This document shows, in pieces, positions 1-9,251 of a stretch of DNA of 64,000 nt (position 1 is its first letter; every line of letters begins with the position of its first letter). The position numbers and the translations under genes were made by a program. The stretch is taken from NCBI GenBank assembly GCA_016794225.1, contig JAEUKQ010000002.1, positions 8,347-72,346 of the forward strand. Direction: 5' to 3'. The notes under the pieces were generated by a model. It searched no databases, was not told the DNA's origin, and saw only the letters and a list, made by a program, of their open reading frames with translations. The stretch comes from Alphaproteobacteria bacterium (GTDB taxonomy: Bacteria > Pseudomonadota > Alphaproteobacteria > JAEUKQ01).

Positions 1-1975
1 CAATACGTAAATCTTCCGTGTAGTCTGATGCAACAACCCAAAGGCGTAATACGTCAGCACCATACTGTTTAATCACATCCGACGGAGCCATCACATTACC
101 TAAAGATTTCGACATTTTGCGCCCTTGTTCGTCAAGAACAAACCCGTGTGTCAGAAGTGCTTTGAAAGGAGCCGTGCCGCGAGTGCCACAACTTTCCAGC
201 AAGGATGTATGAAACCAGCCGCGATGTTGATCTGAACCTTCAAGATATAAATCTGCTGGCCATTTCAGGTCTGTTTTTTGGCGTGCTTCAAGTACAAAAC
301 TGTGGGTTGAAGCACTATCAAACCAAACATCGACAGTGTCGGTAACGACATCATAGTCGCTTAATGTGTATTCTGGTTCTAAAAATCGCTGATGATTGCC
401 GTTAAACCAGGCACTTGCACCTTCTTTTTCAAAAACCGCAGCAATCCGATCAATTACTTTTTGGTCGCGAAGTGGCTCACCGCTTTTTTTATGGATAAAC
501 AAAGCTATTGGTGTTCCCCAGCTGCGTTGGCGCGAAATACACCAATCAGGTCTTTGTTCAATCATCGACTTTAAACGTTGTTTACCTTGGGCTGGAATAA
601 ATTTTGTTTTTTCAATTGCGGTTAATGCTTTTTGCCGCAAGTGATTTTTTTCCATACTGATAAACCATTGCGGTGTTGCTCGGTAAATAAGGGGTGATTT
701 TGACCGCCAGCTATGCGGATAACTGTGGGTAATTTGTTGTTGAGACACCAGGTGACCAGCCTGTTTTATTGCCTCGATTACCATTTTATCGGCCTCACCG
801 GATTTACCATCTGGCTTTAGAATTCTGGCGCCGGCGAACAAAGGAACATTTGGTGCATAACTGCCATCCTCTAAAATCAGATTTGGTACCTCAAGTTTGT
901 TTTTTTTACCGATCTCAAAATCCTCTAAACCATGAGATGGCGCAATATGAACAAGCCCTGTACCTTGTTCGGTTGTCACGTGATGACCTTCAAGCAGTGG
1001 GACATTATAATCAAAACCCTTACCGTGTAAGGGATGGTGGCATATGCTGCCCTCTAACATCCCCCCCGTTAATTGTTGTAATAAAATATGCTGGGTTATG
1101 CCAGCTGCTTGACAGAAAGAAGCAAGTAAATCATGGGCTATAACATAAACTTCACCAGGTTTTACCAAAGATGGTGATGATGTTTCTTTTACTGCAAGCG
1201 CCACGTAATTAATATCAGCTCCAAAGGCAATGGCGCGGTTAGCTGGTAAAGTCCACGGGGTGGTTGTCCAAATTACGGTATAAGCCGTTTTCCCCTTTAG
1301 GGTAGTAATGTTGGTTTTTACCACAGGGAAGCGCACATAAACAGCATAAGAGACTTTATCATGATATTCAACCTCGGCGTCAGCTAAAGCTGTCTTCTCA
1401 ATCACTGACCACATGACAGGAATAAAACCCCGATACAAGCCACCATTCATCAGAAACTTGCCAATTTCCCGAAAAATTTGCGCCTCGGCTTCGGGGGACA
1501 TTGTTAAATAGGGGCGATCCCAATCACCATTAACACCAAGTCTTTTAAACTCTTGGCGTTGTGTTTCCAACCATTGGATTGCAAATTGCTGGCAGTCTTT
1601 ACGCAAATCGGCAACGGGTACTTTGTCTTTGTCTTTACCTGACTTGCGATATTGCTGTTCAATTTGCCATTCAATCGGCAATCCATGACAATCCCACCCA
1701 GGAACATAGTTGACGTCTTTTCCAAGCATAAATTGGCTGCGGTTTACCATATCTTTAAGAATCTTATTTAAGGCTGTCCCAATGTGGATATGACCGTTGG
1801 CATAAGGGGGGCCATCGTGCAATAAGAACTGCTCACAACCTTTTCGGGCTTGACGCTGTTGTTTAAAAATATTGCTTTTTTGCCATTTTTCCAGAATTTG
1901 TGCCTCTTTCTCTGCTAAATTGGCACGTAACGGAAAATCGGTTTTTGGTAAAAAAACGGTTGATTTAAAATCCAC
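1..1975 (-). CDS. ileS: isoleucine--tRNA ligase, N-terminal ~658 codons (3' end runs off the window)
   Basis: Translated by hand from GTG at 1975, with GAAGGGG about 8 nt upstream: VDFKSTVFLPKTDFPLRA... HIGH-type motif PYANGHIHIGTA. KMSKS is encoded at 104-118. The frame stays open to the window edge. Classical ribF-ileS adjacency. Absent from the ORF track because it is open-ended. Confidence 0.9.
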   Translation of the reverse strand, partial: MDFKSTVFLPKTDFPLRANLAEKEAQILEKWQKSNIFKQQRQARKGCEQFLLHDGPPYANGHIHIGTALNKILKDMVNRSQFMLGKDVNYVPGWDCHGLPIEWQIEQQYRKSGKDKDKVPVADLRKDCQQFAIQWLETQRQEFKRLGVNGDWDRPYLTMSPEAEAQIFREIGKFLMNGGLYRGFIPVMWSVIEKTALADAEVEYHDKVSYAVYVRFPVVKTNITTLKGKTAYTVIWTTTPWTLPANRAIAFGADINYVALAVKETSSPSLVKPGEVYVIAHDLLASFCQAAGITQHILLQQLTGGMLEGSICHHPLHGKGFDYNVPLLEGHHVTTEQGTGLVHIAPSHGLEDFEIGKKNKLEVPNLILEDGSYAPNVPLFAGARILKPDGKSGEADKMVIEAIKQAGHLVSQQQITHSYPHSWRSKSPLIYRATPQWFISMEKNHLRQKALTAIEKTKFIPAQGKQRLKSMIEQRPDWCISRQRSWGTPIALFIHKKSGEPLRDQKVIDRIAAVFEKEGASAWFNGNHQRFLEPEYTLSDYDVVTDTVDVWFDSASTHSFVLEARQKTDLKWPADLYLEGSDQHRGWFHTSLLESCGTRGTAPFKALLTHGFVLDEQGRKMSKSLGNVMAPSDVIKQYGADVLRLWVVASDYTEDLRI

Positions 1976-2029
1976 GGCTATTTTCCCCTTCAGGCAACGT
2001 TGGTCTTAAAACTAAAACCCTATAAAAGT

Positions 2030-2980
2030 CTAAGTGCTGTTAATTGTCAATTTTTTCAATATGTTTTGTGCGTGCTGGCTGTCTATATGAATTTGTTGGC
2101 GCAGCGCATCCAAGCCTTCAAACTTTTTTTCAGGCCGTATAAATTCTTCAAAATATACATACAGGCGTCGTCCATAAAGGCTATTATCATAATTAAAAAG
2201 ATGGACTTCTAGAATAGGTTTTTCACCCTGAAAAGTTGGTCTTATACCCAAATTCGCAACGCCCGGCCATAAAGGCTGCTTGCATGTATCGATCGCAACA
2301 CGAACCGCATAAGAACCATAGAGCGGTAGTAAAGTATTCGTATCAATGGCAATATTTGCGGTTGGAAACCCTAGTTGACGTGCTAATTGTTTGCCTTGTT
2401 GTACCCGACCGGTAATATACCAAGGATGTCCAAGAATGGTGCGCAGATTTAATAGCTGAGCTTGCTGTAGATATTGTCTAGCGACAGTTGATGAAATATG
2501 AGTGGTTGTTTTGGTAGAAATTGCTGGTACAATACTGGTTTTAAAATATTCGCTATATTGCTGTAATAAGGCTACATTTCCTTGGCGTTGATAACCAAAG
2601 CAAAAATCATGGCCAATAACCAAATGGGCTACTTTTAACTGTCCTATCAGAATATTTTTGATAAAGTCTGCAGCCTGCTGATAGACAAGCTGCTGGTTAA
2701 AACGATGTATATATAAAAATTCGATGCCATAACTGGCTATAAGCTCGGCTTTACTGCGCCAGCTGGTTAATTGGAAAGGTTGGGCTGTCGGGTTAAAAAA
2801 ACGTTTGGGATGTGGTGTAAAAGTTAATATCCCCGACGGTTTTTTAAGATTAAGCGCAACTTCCTGTACCTTGCTTACAATAGCCTGATGACCAAGATGC
2901 AGCCCATCAAAATTACCAATAGCAATAACCGCATGTTGTTGTTTAGGCAAGAAACCGGTTGATAAACGAATTACCTGCAT
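2030..2980 (-). CDS. ribF: bifunctional riboflavin kinase / FMN adenylyltransferase
   Basis: 316 aa. N-terminus AVIAIGNFDGLHLGHQ (FAD synthetase motif). C-terminal riboflavin kinase block GFPTANI...LEVHLF. Lies directly upstream of ileS. Confidence 0.9.
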   Translation of the reverse strand: MQVIRLSTGFLPKQQHAVIAIGNFDGLHLGHQAIVSKVQEVALNLKKPSGILTFTPHPKRFFNPTAQPFQLTSWRSKAELIASYGIEFLYIHRFNQQLVYQQAADFIKNILIGQLKVAHLVIGHDFCFGYQRQGNVALLQQYSEYFKTSIVPAISTKTTTHISSTVARQYLQQAQLLNLRTILGHPWYITGRVQQGKQLARQLGFPTANIAIDTNTLLPLYGSYAVRVAIDTCKQPLWPGVANLGIRPTFQGEKPILEVHLFNYDNSLYGRRLYVYFEEFIRPEKKFEGLDALRQQIHIDSQHAQNILKKLTINST

Positions 2981-3004
2981 ACAGGCTGCAATCTCACAAA
3001 TAAC

Positions 3005-3445
3005 CTATGTTGTTGTCTGACGTTTAGGAACCATTAGCTCGGCTTCACCGCTAATCACAAGGGTATTGCCAACCCAACAGGTTGTTTCAAAAACCACCCG
3101 TGCTTTAGTATAATCAACGGTTTTTACCTTTACCTTGGCGGTGACATGATCACCTATTTTAACCGGCGCTTTGAACTGAAGATTTTGGCTTAAATAAATG
3201 CTGCCTGGACCCGGCATTTTCATTCCAAAAACAGCAGAAATAAAGCTAGCCGATAGTATACCGTGCGCAATCCGCTGTTTAAAGCGAGTGTTTTGTGCAT
3301 AATTGTCATCAAGGTGTACGGGATTTTTATCACCGGAAACTTCACTAAAAGCAACAATATCTTGGTTTGTTACCTGCTTTGTCAGGCTTGCCTCCATATC
3401 TGGATGCATTTGATCGATATAATATGGCGGTGTTGGTTGATTCAT
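3005..3445 (-). CDS. MaoC-like (R)-specific enoyl-CoA hydratase / hot-dog fold dehydratase
   Basis: 146 aa. FSEVSGDKNPVHLD...FKQRIAHGILSASFISAVFG is the typical MaoC dehydratase signature. Confidence 0.8.
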   Translation of the reverse strand: MNQPTPPYYIDQMHPDMEASLTKQVTNQDIVAFSEVSGDKNPVHLDDNYAQNTRFKQRIAHGILSASFISAVFGMKMPGPGSIYLSQNLQFKAPVKIGDHVTAKVKVKTVDYTKARVVFETTCWVGNTLVISGEAELMVPKRQTTT

Positions 3446-3467
3446 GGTTTTTATTCCTGAATTAGTG

Positions 3468-4076
3468 CTAGGGTAGAGTCTGTTTAAAAGGAAGACGTGC
3501 TTGAAGTGCTAGTGATATTGTTGTTTCATCAAGATAATCAAGTGATCCACCCACTGGTAAACCATAGGCAAGTCTAGTTACACGAATGGGGTATTGTTCG
3601 AGAAGTTCTGTTATATAATATGCTGTTGTCTGGCCGTTAACAGTTGCAGATGTTGCCAAAATAACCTCTTGAAACTGTTCGCGTGCAACACGTCCCATTA
3701 AGCTTGTGATATTCAGCTGTTCTGGGCCAATACCATCGATTGCTGATAACACCCCACCTAATATATGGTAAACGCCCCGGAAATTGTGTGTTCGCTCCAT
3801 TGCCCAAAGATCCGATACTTCTTCAACAAGGCATAAGCTTGTCTTGTCACGTTTGACATCGCTGCAAATAGAGCAAGGATCGATACTATCAAGATTATGG
3901 CAAAACGAACAGGTTTTTACCTTTGTTTGCGCTTCTTGTAAAACTGTAACAAGTTGCGGCAACAGGGTTTGCCTTTTTTTCAATAAGTGTAAAGCCATAC
4001 GTTTTGCCGATCTTGGCCCTACGCCAGGCAATTTACCCAGTAATTGTAGTAATTGTGAAATTTCTGGACCGAACAT
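3468..4076 (-). CDS. recR: recombination protein RecR
   Basis: 202 aa. LPGVGPRSAKRMALHLL helix-hairpin-helix, C4 zinc finger CSFCHN...CSICSD, Toprim region. Conserved dnaX-ybaB-recR order. Confidence 0.92.
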   Translation of the reverse strand: MFGPEISQLLQLLGKLPGVGPRSAKRMALHLLKKRQTLLPQLVTVLQEAQTKVKTCSFCHNLDSIDPCSICSDVKRDKTSLCLVEEVSDLWAMERTHNFRGVYHILGGVLSAIDGIGPEQLNITSLMGRVAREQFQEVILATSATVNGQTTAYYITELLEQYPIRVTRLAYGLPVGGSLDYLDETTISLALQARLPFKQTLP

Positions 4077-4082
4077 AATACA

Positions 4083-4409
4083 CTAAAAAGGCATTTTAAA
4101 GCCAGGGGGCAGTTGAAGTCCACCTGTTATTTTTGACATTTCCTGAGACACGTGTTGTTCAACTTTGTTTTTTGCATCATTACAGGCGGCGCATATTAAA
4201 TCTTCAACAATTTCTTTCTCTTCCTGCTTAAAAAGGGAAGGGTCTAATTTAACGTGCCTAATTATTCCTTTACCGGTCATGGTTACATGAACCAATCCGC
4301 CACCAGAAGAACCGGTTATTTCAACACGTTCTAGTTGATTTTGCATATCTTGCATGCGCTGCTGCATCATTTGCGCCTGCTTCATCATTGCGCCAATATT
4401 GTTTTTCAT
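4083..4409 (-). CDS. ybaB: YbaB/EbfC family nucleoid-associated protein
   Basis: 108 aa. MMKQAQMMQQRMQDMQ..., ending in GLQLPPGFKMPF. Overlaps the dnaX stop by 4 nt. Confidence 0.9.
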   Translation of the reverse strand: MKNNIGAMMKQAQMMQQRMQDMQNQLERVEITGSSGGGLVHVTMTGKGIIRHVKLDPSLFKQEEKEIVEDLICAACNDAKNKVEQHVSQEMSKITGGLQLPPGFKMPF

Positions 4410-6220
4410 TCGCTTGTCTCCTCGGGGTTGGTTCCCATATCTATCTTATCATTAATGACAGGTAAAGAATTATTATCTTTTTCTTTGGGACGGATATTTT
4501 CAATCTTACTTCCCGGAAAATGTTTTAAGACCTGTTGCACAACAGTATTTTTAACTGCCATATCGCGCTGCTGTTGCCGTTGTTGTTGGCGTTGTTCGGC
4601 GATGGTCAAACCTGGCTGTGTCTGATCATTATTAATAATAATTTCCCAAGATTTGCCGGTTGTTTCTTGCAGAAATTGACTTAACCGTAGAGATAAGTTG
4701 GTGGGCGCGGCGCTGGTTGGCTGGTATTCGATCACACCTGGGGCAAAGCGTATCAAGCGTACATTTTGTATCAAATGTGCATGCAAACCTACTTGGCGGT
4801 GTTCATCCAGCAATAATAAAAGGTCTTCAAGGCTTTTGGGCATAAAAACCTGAAGCGGTTTTTGATCTGCCGACGACGAAGGTTTGGAAACAAAATCAGG
4901 TTTTTGTTCTTGTGGAACAACGGTTTTAGGCCGGCTAAAAGCCTGTGGTTCGGGCGTTGTTTGTTGCACATCGCTTTTTAAGGGGGCAGAAAAGGCTTTG
5001 GTACTATGGGTTGGTGCTGTAATTTCTTTGCCAACAAAGTGTTGAGGCATTAGGCTAGGTGGCACTTTCCCTTGATTGACCAACAAACTGCTAATTTCAC
5101 CCGGGCTGGGTAACGCCAGATAACAGCCAACACGAATAAACAGCATTTGAGCCGTCTGTAAAGGGGCAAAAGCTGTTTGTACCTCACCCAACCCCTTAAG
5201 AAACATCTGCCAAATAATATTAAGGCGATCAGCGCTGATTTGGTTTAGTGATTCATCATTCAGGTTGGATAAAAAAGACCAGATTTGTGACACAGGTGCT
5301 TTAACACCAATCTGCCGCAATGTAAGCTGTTGGGTTAATCGCAATAAATCTTGAATGATCATTGCTGGGTCAGCGCCGTTTTGATATAGCTGTTCTAACC
5401 CATCAAGAGCATCGTGCATTTTACCCTGGATTAAGTGCTTAAATAACGTCAATATATCTTGGTTTTGGGTTTGTCCAAGCATATCTGATATTATGGATGC
5501 GTGTACTGTTCCATCAGCCATAATAATAGCCTGGTCAAGCAGCGATAAACCATCACGTACCGATCCATCGGCAGCCTCAGCTAACATTAGGGCAGCCGGC
5601 AGTTCAAGGGTTACTTGTTCACGCTTGGCGATATCAATTAAATGTTGGGACAACAATTCAACATCAACACGTCGTAAATCAAATCTTTGGCACCGTGACA
5701 GAACGGTTATTGGAACTTTGCGAATTTCAGTTGTTGCAAAAATAAATTTTACATGTGGAGGAGGCTCTTCAAGTGTTTTTAACAGCGCATTAAAAGCGCT
5801 GGTTGATAGCATATGAACTTCGTCAATAATGTATACTTTGTAGCGTGCTGACACAGGCATATATTTAACGCTGTCGATAATTTCACGCATATCACTAACG
5901 CCGGTACGGCTGGCTGCATCGATTTCAAGAACATCAACATGCCGGTCTTGATCAATCATGCTGCAATGGGTACAGACACCACAAGGTTCAACGGTCATTT
6001 CCCCAGAGCCGTTCGGCCCAATACAATTTAAACTGCGTGCGATAATGCGGGCGGTGGTTGTTTTACCGACACCGCGTACACCCGTTAACATAAAGGCATG
6101 TGCAATCCGGCCACTGGCAAATGCATTGGTTAAAATACGTACCAATGTTTCCTGTCCTATTACGTCTTTCAGAACAGTTGGGCGATATTTACGTGCCAGA
6201 ACGCGGTAGCTTTGGTTCAT
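4406..6220 (-). CDS. dnaX: DNA polymerase III subunit gamma/tau
   Basis: 604 aa. YRPTVLKDVIGQE, Walker A GVRGVGKTT, zinc module CGVCTHC, DEVHML, SRCQRF. Q/P-rich variable C-terminal half. Confidence 0.92.
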   Translation of the reverse strand: MNQSYRVLARKYRPTVLKDVIGQETLVRILTNAFASGRIAHAFMLTGVRGVGKTTTARIIARSLNCIGPNGSGEMTVEPCGVCTHCSMIDQDRHVDVLEIDAASRTGVSDMREIIDSVKYMPVSARYKVYIIDEVHMLSTSAFNALLKTLEEPPPHVKFIFATTEIRKVPITVLSRCQRFDLRRVDVELLSQHLIDIAKREQVTLELPAALMLAEAADGSVRDGLSLLDQAIIMADGTVHASIISDMLGQTQNQDILTLFKHLIQGKMHDALDGLEQLYQNGADPAMIIQDLLRLTQQLTLRQIGVKAPVSQIWSFLSNLNDESLNQISADRLNIIWQMFLKGLGEVQTAFAPLQTAQMLFIRVGCYLALPSPGEISSLLVNQGKVPPSLMPQHFVGKEITAPTHSTKAFSAPLKSDVQQTTPEPQAFSRPKTVVPQEQKPDFVSKPSSSADQKPLQVFMPKSLEDLLLLLDEHRQVGLHAHLIQNVRLIRFAPGVIEYQPTSAAPTNLSLRLSQFLQETTGKSWEIIINNDQTQPGLTIAEQRQQQRQQQRDMAVKNTVVQQVLKHFPGSKIENIRPKEKDNNSLPVINDKIDMGTNPEETSE

Positions 6221-6399
6221 TTTTTTTCACTTTTAGGAAGGCTATTTTAGTCTTTTGCCTAGAAACATAACTGTCCTATACTAGAAAATGTCAAGCTATT
6301 TTAGTTTGATGAACAATACACCCAATCATAGACACTGCTAACAAAAAATTTAACGATAACCGGGTAAGTCAGGAGTTCATAAACGGCATAACACGATTG

Positions 6400-6500
6400 G
6401 AGGTGGAGACCGGCCAATGACCCAGAAAGGTAATCGTTACGGCTGCTTCCTTCCGGACCTGGCCGGGTTAGCGCACCATCTGCCCATCGTCGATCTCCGA
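6400..6500 (-). ncRNA. ffs: signal recognition particle RNA (4.5S-type, small bacterial SRP RNA)
   Basis: The minus strand reads CCGGCCAGGTCCGGAAGGAAGCAGCCGTAACG, the invariant domain IV/helix 8 motif with a GGAA tetraloop. Flanking arms pair (GGAGA...TCTCC, CGATGG/TCATTG, GGTG/TACC) into a hairpin of about 95 nt. Conserved position upstream of dnaX. The ends are approximate. Confidence 0.8.
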
Positions 6501-6715
6501 CACTAAATATAACATCAGATATTAAAAGGGAAAGGGGATAAATATATTTATCAATTCAATTTGATTAAAAATATGAATTACTTAAGCCCGTAATGCGTAT
6601 TAATATAATAACCAAAATCATTCCTAAAATAATAAAAAGTTCATTTTGGTAATCAGATAGCGCATATTTACTTTTTTAGAGTAATAAAAGACATATAAAC
6701 ACATAAGGATATAGG

Positions 6716-7615
6716 ATGAAACTAAAAAAAACAGTCAATTCTGGCAAGAAACCAAGCAAAAACAATGATAGAGCCTTGCCGATAGAACCGACTTATGTAA
6801 CAGGCAGTAGCGAGGTGCTTGCTTTCCAAGATTTCGATTTTTTAGCGCGGGAAGATTTGCGGTCTGTACGATTGGGGCTTGAATATTTAAAAGCCGATAC
6901 GCTTTTGAAAGAATGGAATGTCAATTCAACAATAGTGGTTTTTGGCAGTGCGCGTATTCCGTCGCCCGAGCATGCAGCTGAAGCTATAAAAAAATCTCAA
7001 GCTAGTAAAGGCACCCAAAATAAAGAACGACATCAAACAGCCGCGCAGAAACCGTTGGCGCAGGTAGAGATATATCAACAAGCAAGGGCTTTCGCATATT
7101 TAGTTTCGCAAGAAAGCAAAAAGCGTTTTGAATGTACGCACATATGTCGTGATTTTGTTATTTGTACTGGTGGCGGGCCAGGTGTTATGGAAGCTGCTAA
7201 TCGTGGTGCAACCGAGGCTAAAAGCCCAAGCATTGGGTTTAATATTATTCTGCCCCATGAACAGCATCATAACCCGTATCTAACGCCTAGCCTGAATTTT
7301 CGTTTTCATTATTTTGCCTTGCGCAAAATGCATTTTATGTTGCGTGCAAGGGCTTTGGTATTTTTCCCGGGCGGCTTTGGAACGCTTGATGAATTTTTTG
7401 AAGCCTTAACTCTACTGCAAACCGGCAAGGTAAAACCGATGCCTGTTATTTTATTTCATCAAAAATTTTGGGATAAATTAATTAATTTCAACTTTTTGGT
7501 ACAACAAGGGATGATTTCAGCAGAAGATTTGAAATTAATTCAATTTGTTGAAAAACCCGAACAAGCTTGGGAGATTATTACGCGCTTTTATGACCAGCCA
7601 GTCAATAACCAATGA
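6716..7615 (+). CDS. LOG family / TIGR00730 Rossmann-fold nucleotide-binding protein (lysine decarboxylase-like annotation family)
   Basis: 299 aa. GGGPGVMEAANRGA and PGGFGTLDEFFE motifs are diagnostic of the LOG family. Confidence 0.8.
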   Translation: MKLKKTVNSGKKPSKNNDRALPIEPTYVTGSSEVLAFQDFDFLAREDLRSVRLGLEYLKADTLLKEWNVNSTIVVFGSARIPSPEHAAEAIKKSQASKGTQNKERHQTAAQKPLAQVEIYQQARAFAYLVSQESKKRFECTHICRDFVICTGGGPGVMEAANRGATEAKSPSIGFNIILPHEQHHNPYLTPSLNFRFHYFALRKMHFMLRARALVFFPGGFGTLDEFFEALTLLQTGKVKPMPVILFHQKFWDKLINFNFLVQQGMISAEDLKLIQFVEKPEQAWEIITRFYDQPVNNQ

Positions 7616-7641
7616 CATAGATGTTATAAGTTTTAAAGAAT

Positions 7642-7664
7642 AAAGGGATTAATTTCCCTTTTTT
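7642..7664 (+). terminator. putative rho-independent terminator after the LOG-family gene
   Basis: AAAGGGA-TTAATT-TCCCTTT hairpin running into a T tract, about 27 nt after the stop codon. The stem is short and AT-rich. Confidence 0.4.
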
Positions 7665-7727
7665 AAATAGTGCGCCAAAAGTACGCCATTGATAAAACCA
7701 TCTTATTTCCAAGATCGGTTTAGAATT

Positions 7728-7803
<76 letters not shown>

Positions 7804-7884
7804 AAATCAAAAACGTATCTACTTTTAAAGGAAAGCAACCCGTAAATGCAACAAAAAAATTGTTCAACGACAATTTTCAAGTTT

Positions 7885-8247
7885 TTACGGTTGTTCTTCT
7901 TCCTCTTCAACATTGTCTATGACATCACCCATATCATCTTCTTCACCAAGATCAGATGTATCCTCAATTAATTCATCATCTTTGGTGTCTTCGTCAAGAT
8001 TAGGTAGTGCTATATCGCTATCATCGGGTAAAAATTCAGGCACTTCCTGCATATTTTCTACCTTTTTGTTAGCTTTTGCTGAAGAACCACGCCCTTTCTT
8101 CGAGCGCAGATTGGCTTCTGGGTCATGAAGCGTTCCACATTTAGGGCACGTGCTGGGTTGTTGGTTTAAATCGTAAAAATACGCACCACAACTAAGACAA
8201 AGCCTTTTAATGCCCCAACTTTCTTTTGCCAAGACGATTAACTCCAT
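7885..8247 (-). CDS. TIGR02300 (FYDLN_acid) family zinc-ribbon protein with acidic C-terminal tail
   Basis: CLSCGAYFYDLNQQPSTCPKCG carries the FYDLN signature between two CxxC pairs. The C-terminus is strongly acidic (EEDDMGDVIDNVEEEEEQP). Start moved to the internal ATG (MELIVLAKESWGIKRLC) to fit the usual family N-terminus, but the start remains uncertain. Confidence 0.75.
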   Translation of the reverse strand: MELIVLAKESWGIKRLCLSCGAYFYDLNQQPSTCPKCGTLHDPEANLRSKKGRGSSAKANKKVENMQEVPEFLPDDSDIALPNLDEDTKDDELIEDTSDLGEEDDMGDVIDNVEEEEEQP

Positions 8248-8431
8248 GTTGCATAGTGTTATTAAACGAAAGGGAATTGCCATTTTCTAATCTTTTTGTC
8301 AAAAGATAAATGCAATTGAAAGCAAAAATTATTTACTAAAATATGAAAGCAGCCTGTGACCGCTAGCCGGTAATTGTTAGGAACCAATAGAAAACAGGCC
8401 TATTTCATTTTACAAGGATATTTAAAAATTG

Positions 8432-9148
8432 ATGAACAAAAAAAATTTAGACCAAGAACCTGTGTCGCAGGCAAAACATCAAAACAAGCAAGCGGACGAA
8501 GTGATTGTAATTGCTGTCGATGGGCCAACGGCTGCAGGTAAAGGAACAATAGCCAGAAAATTGGCACAACATTTGGGATTCGCCTGTCTTGATACTGGTT
8601 TATTGTATCGTGCCGTTGCTGTTAAGGCTTTAGAAAATAAAATAAACTGGGAGGTTGGTCAGGCAATTAGCTTAAGCACAATTGCTCGCAAATTAACGCC
8701 TTTGGATCTGAGTCATCCAGCATTGCGGGATGAAATTATTGGTCGTGGAGCTTCTATTATAGCGGCCATCCCAGAAGTTCGTAGTGCTTTGTTAGACTTC
8801 CAAAGACGATTTCATTTACTTGGAAAACCGGTTAAAGGTGTGGTGCTTGATGGCCGTGATATTGGAACAGTTGTTTATCCCGATGCGCATCTAAAGCTTT
8901 TTATAACAGCATCACAACAGGTTCGTGCCGAACGGCGTTATAAAGAGTTGCTAAATCGTGGACTACCAGTTATATATGCCCAAGTTCTGTTGGATGTACA
9001 AGAACGTGATAACCGCGATCAAAAACGGTCTTCTGCACCCTTGATACCTGCGACAGACGCCATTATTATAGATAGTTCTAGCCTGAATGCGGATCAAGTA
9101 TTGGCGATAGCCTTACAGCATGTGCAAAAGAAGCTAGGCTTACCATAA
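8432..9148 (+). CDS. cmk: (d)CMP kinase
   Basis: P-loop VIAVDGPTAAGKGT, LDTGLLYRA, DGRDIGTVV. Conserved cmk-rpsA order. Start is ATG 8432 or TTG 8429. Confidence 0.9.
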   Translation: MNKKNLDQEPVSQAKHQNKQADEVIVIAVDGPTAAGKGTIARKLAQHLGFACLDTGLLYRAVAVKALENKINWEVGQAISLSTIARKLTPLDLSHPALRDEIIGRGASIIAAIPEVRSALLDFQRRFHLLGKPVKGVVLDGRDIGTVVYPDAHLKLFITASQQVRAERRYKELLNRGLPVIYAQVLLDVQERDNRDQKRSSAPLIPATDAIIIDSSSLNADQVLAIALQHVQKKLGLP

Positions 9149-9251
9149 TAATTTTAACAAGGTTACCGCCGTTTGGGGGTAATATAACAGAAATAGCAAG
9201 TCCGCTAATTTGAATATTAGCTGGCCAGACAATAAACTAGGACTAAAAATA

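Noticed and set aside
4406-6220. Programmed -1 frameshift site (A AAA AAG type) in dnaX producing a gamma subunit
   Set aside because: I found no AAAAAAG heptamer in the coding strand. The nearest is TTA AAA AGC (about 4972-4980), which is not a slippery heptamer and has no obvious downstream stem-loop.
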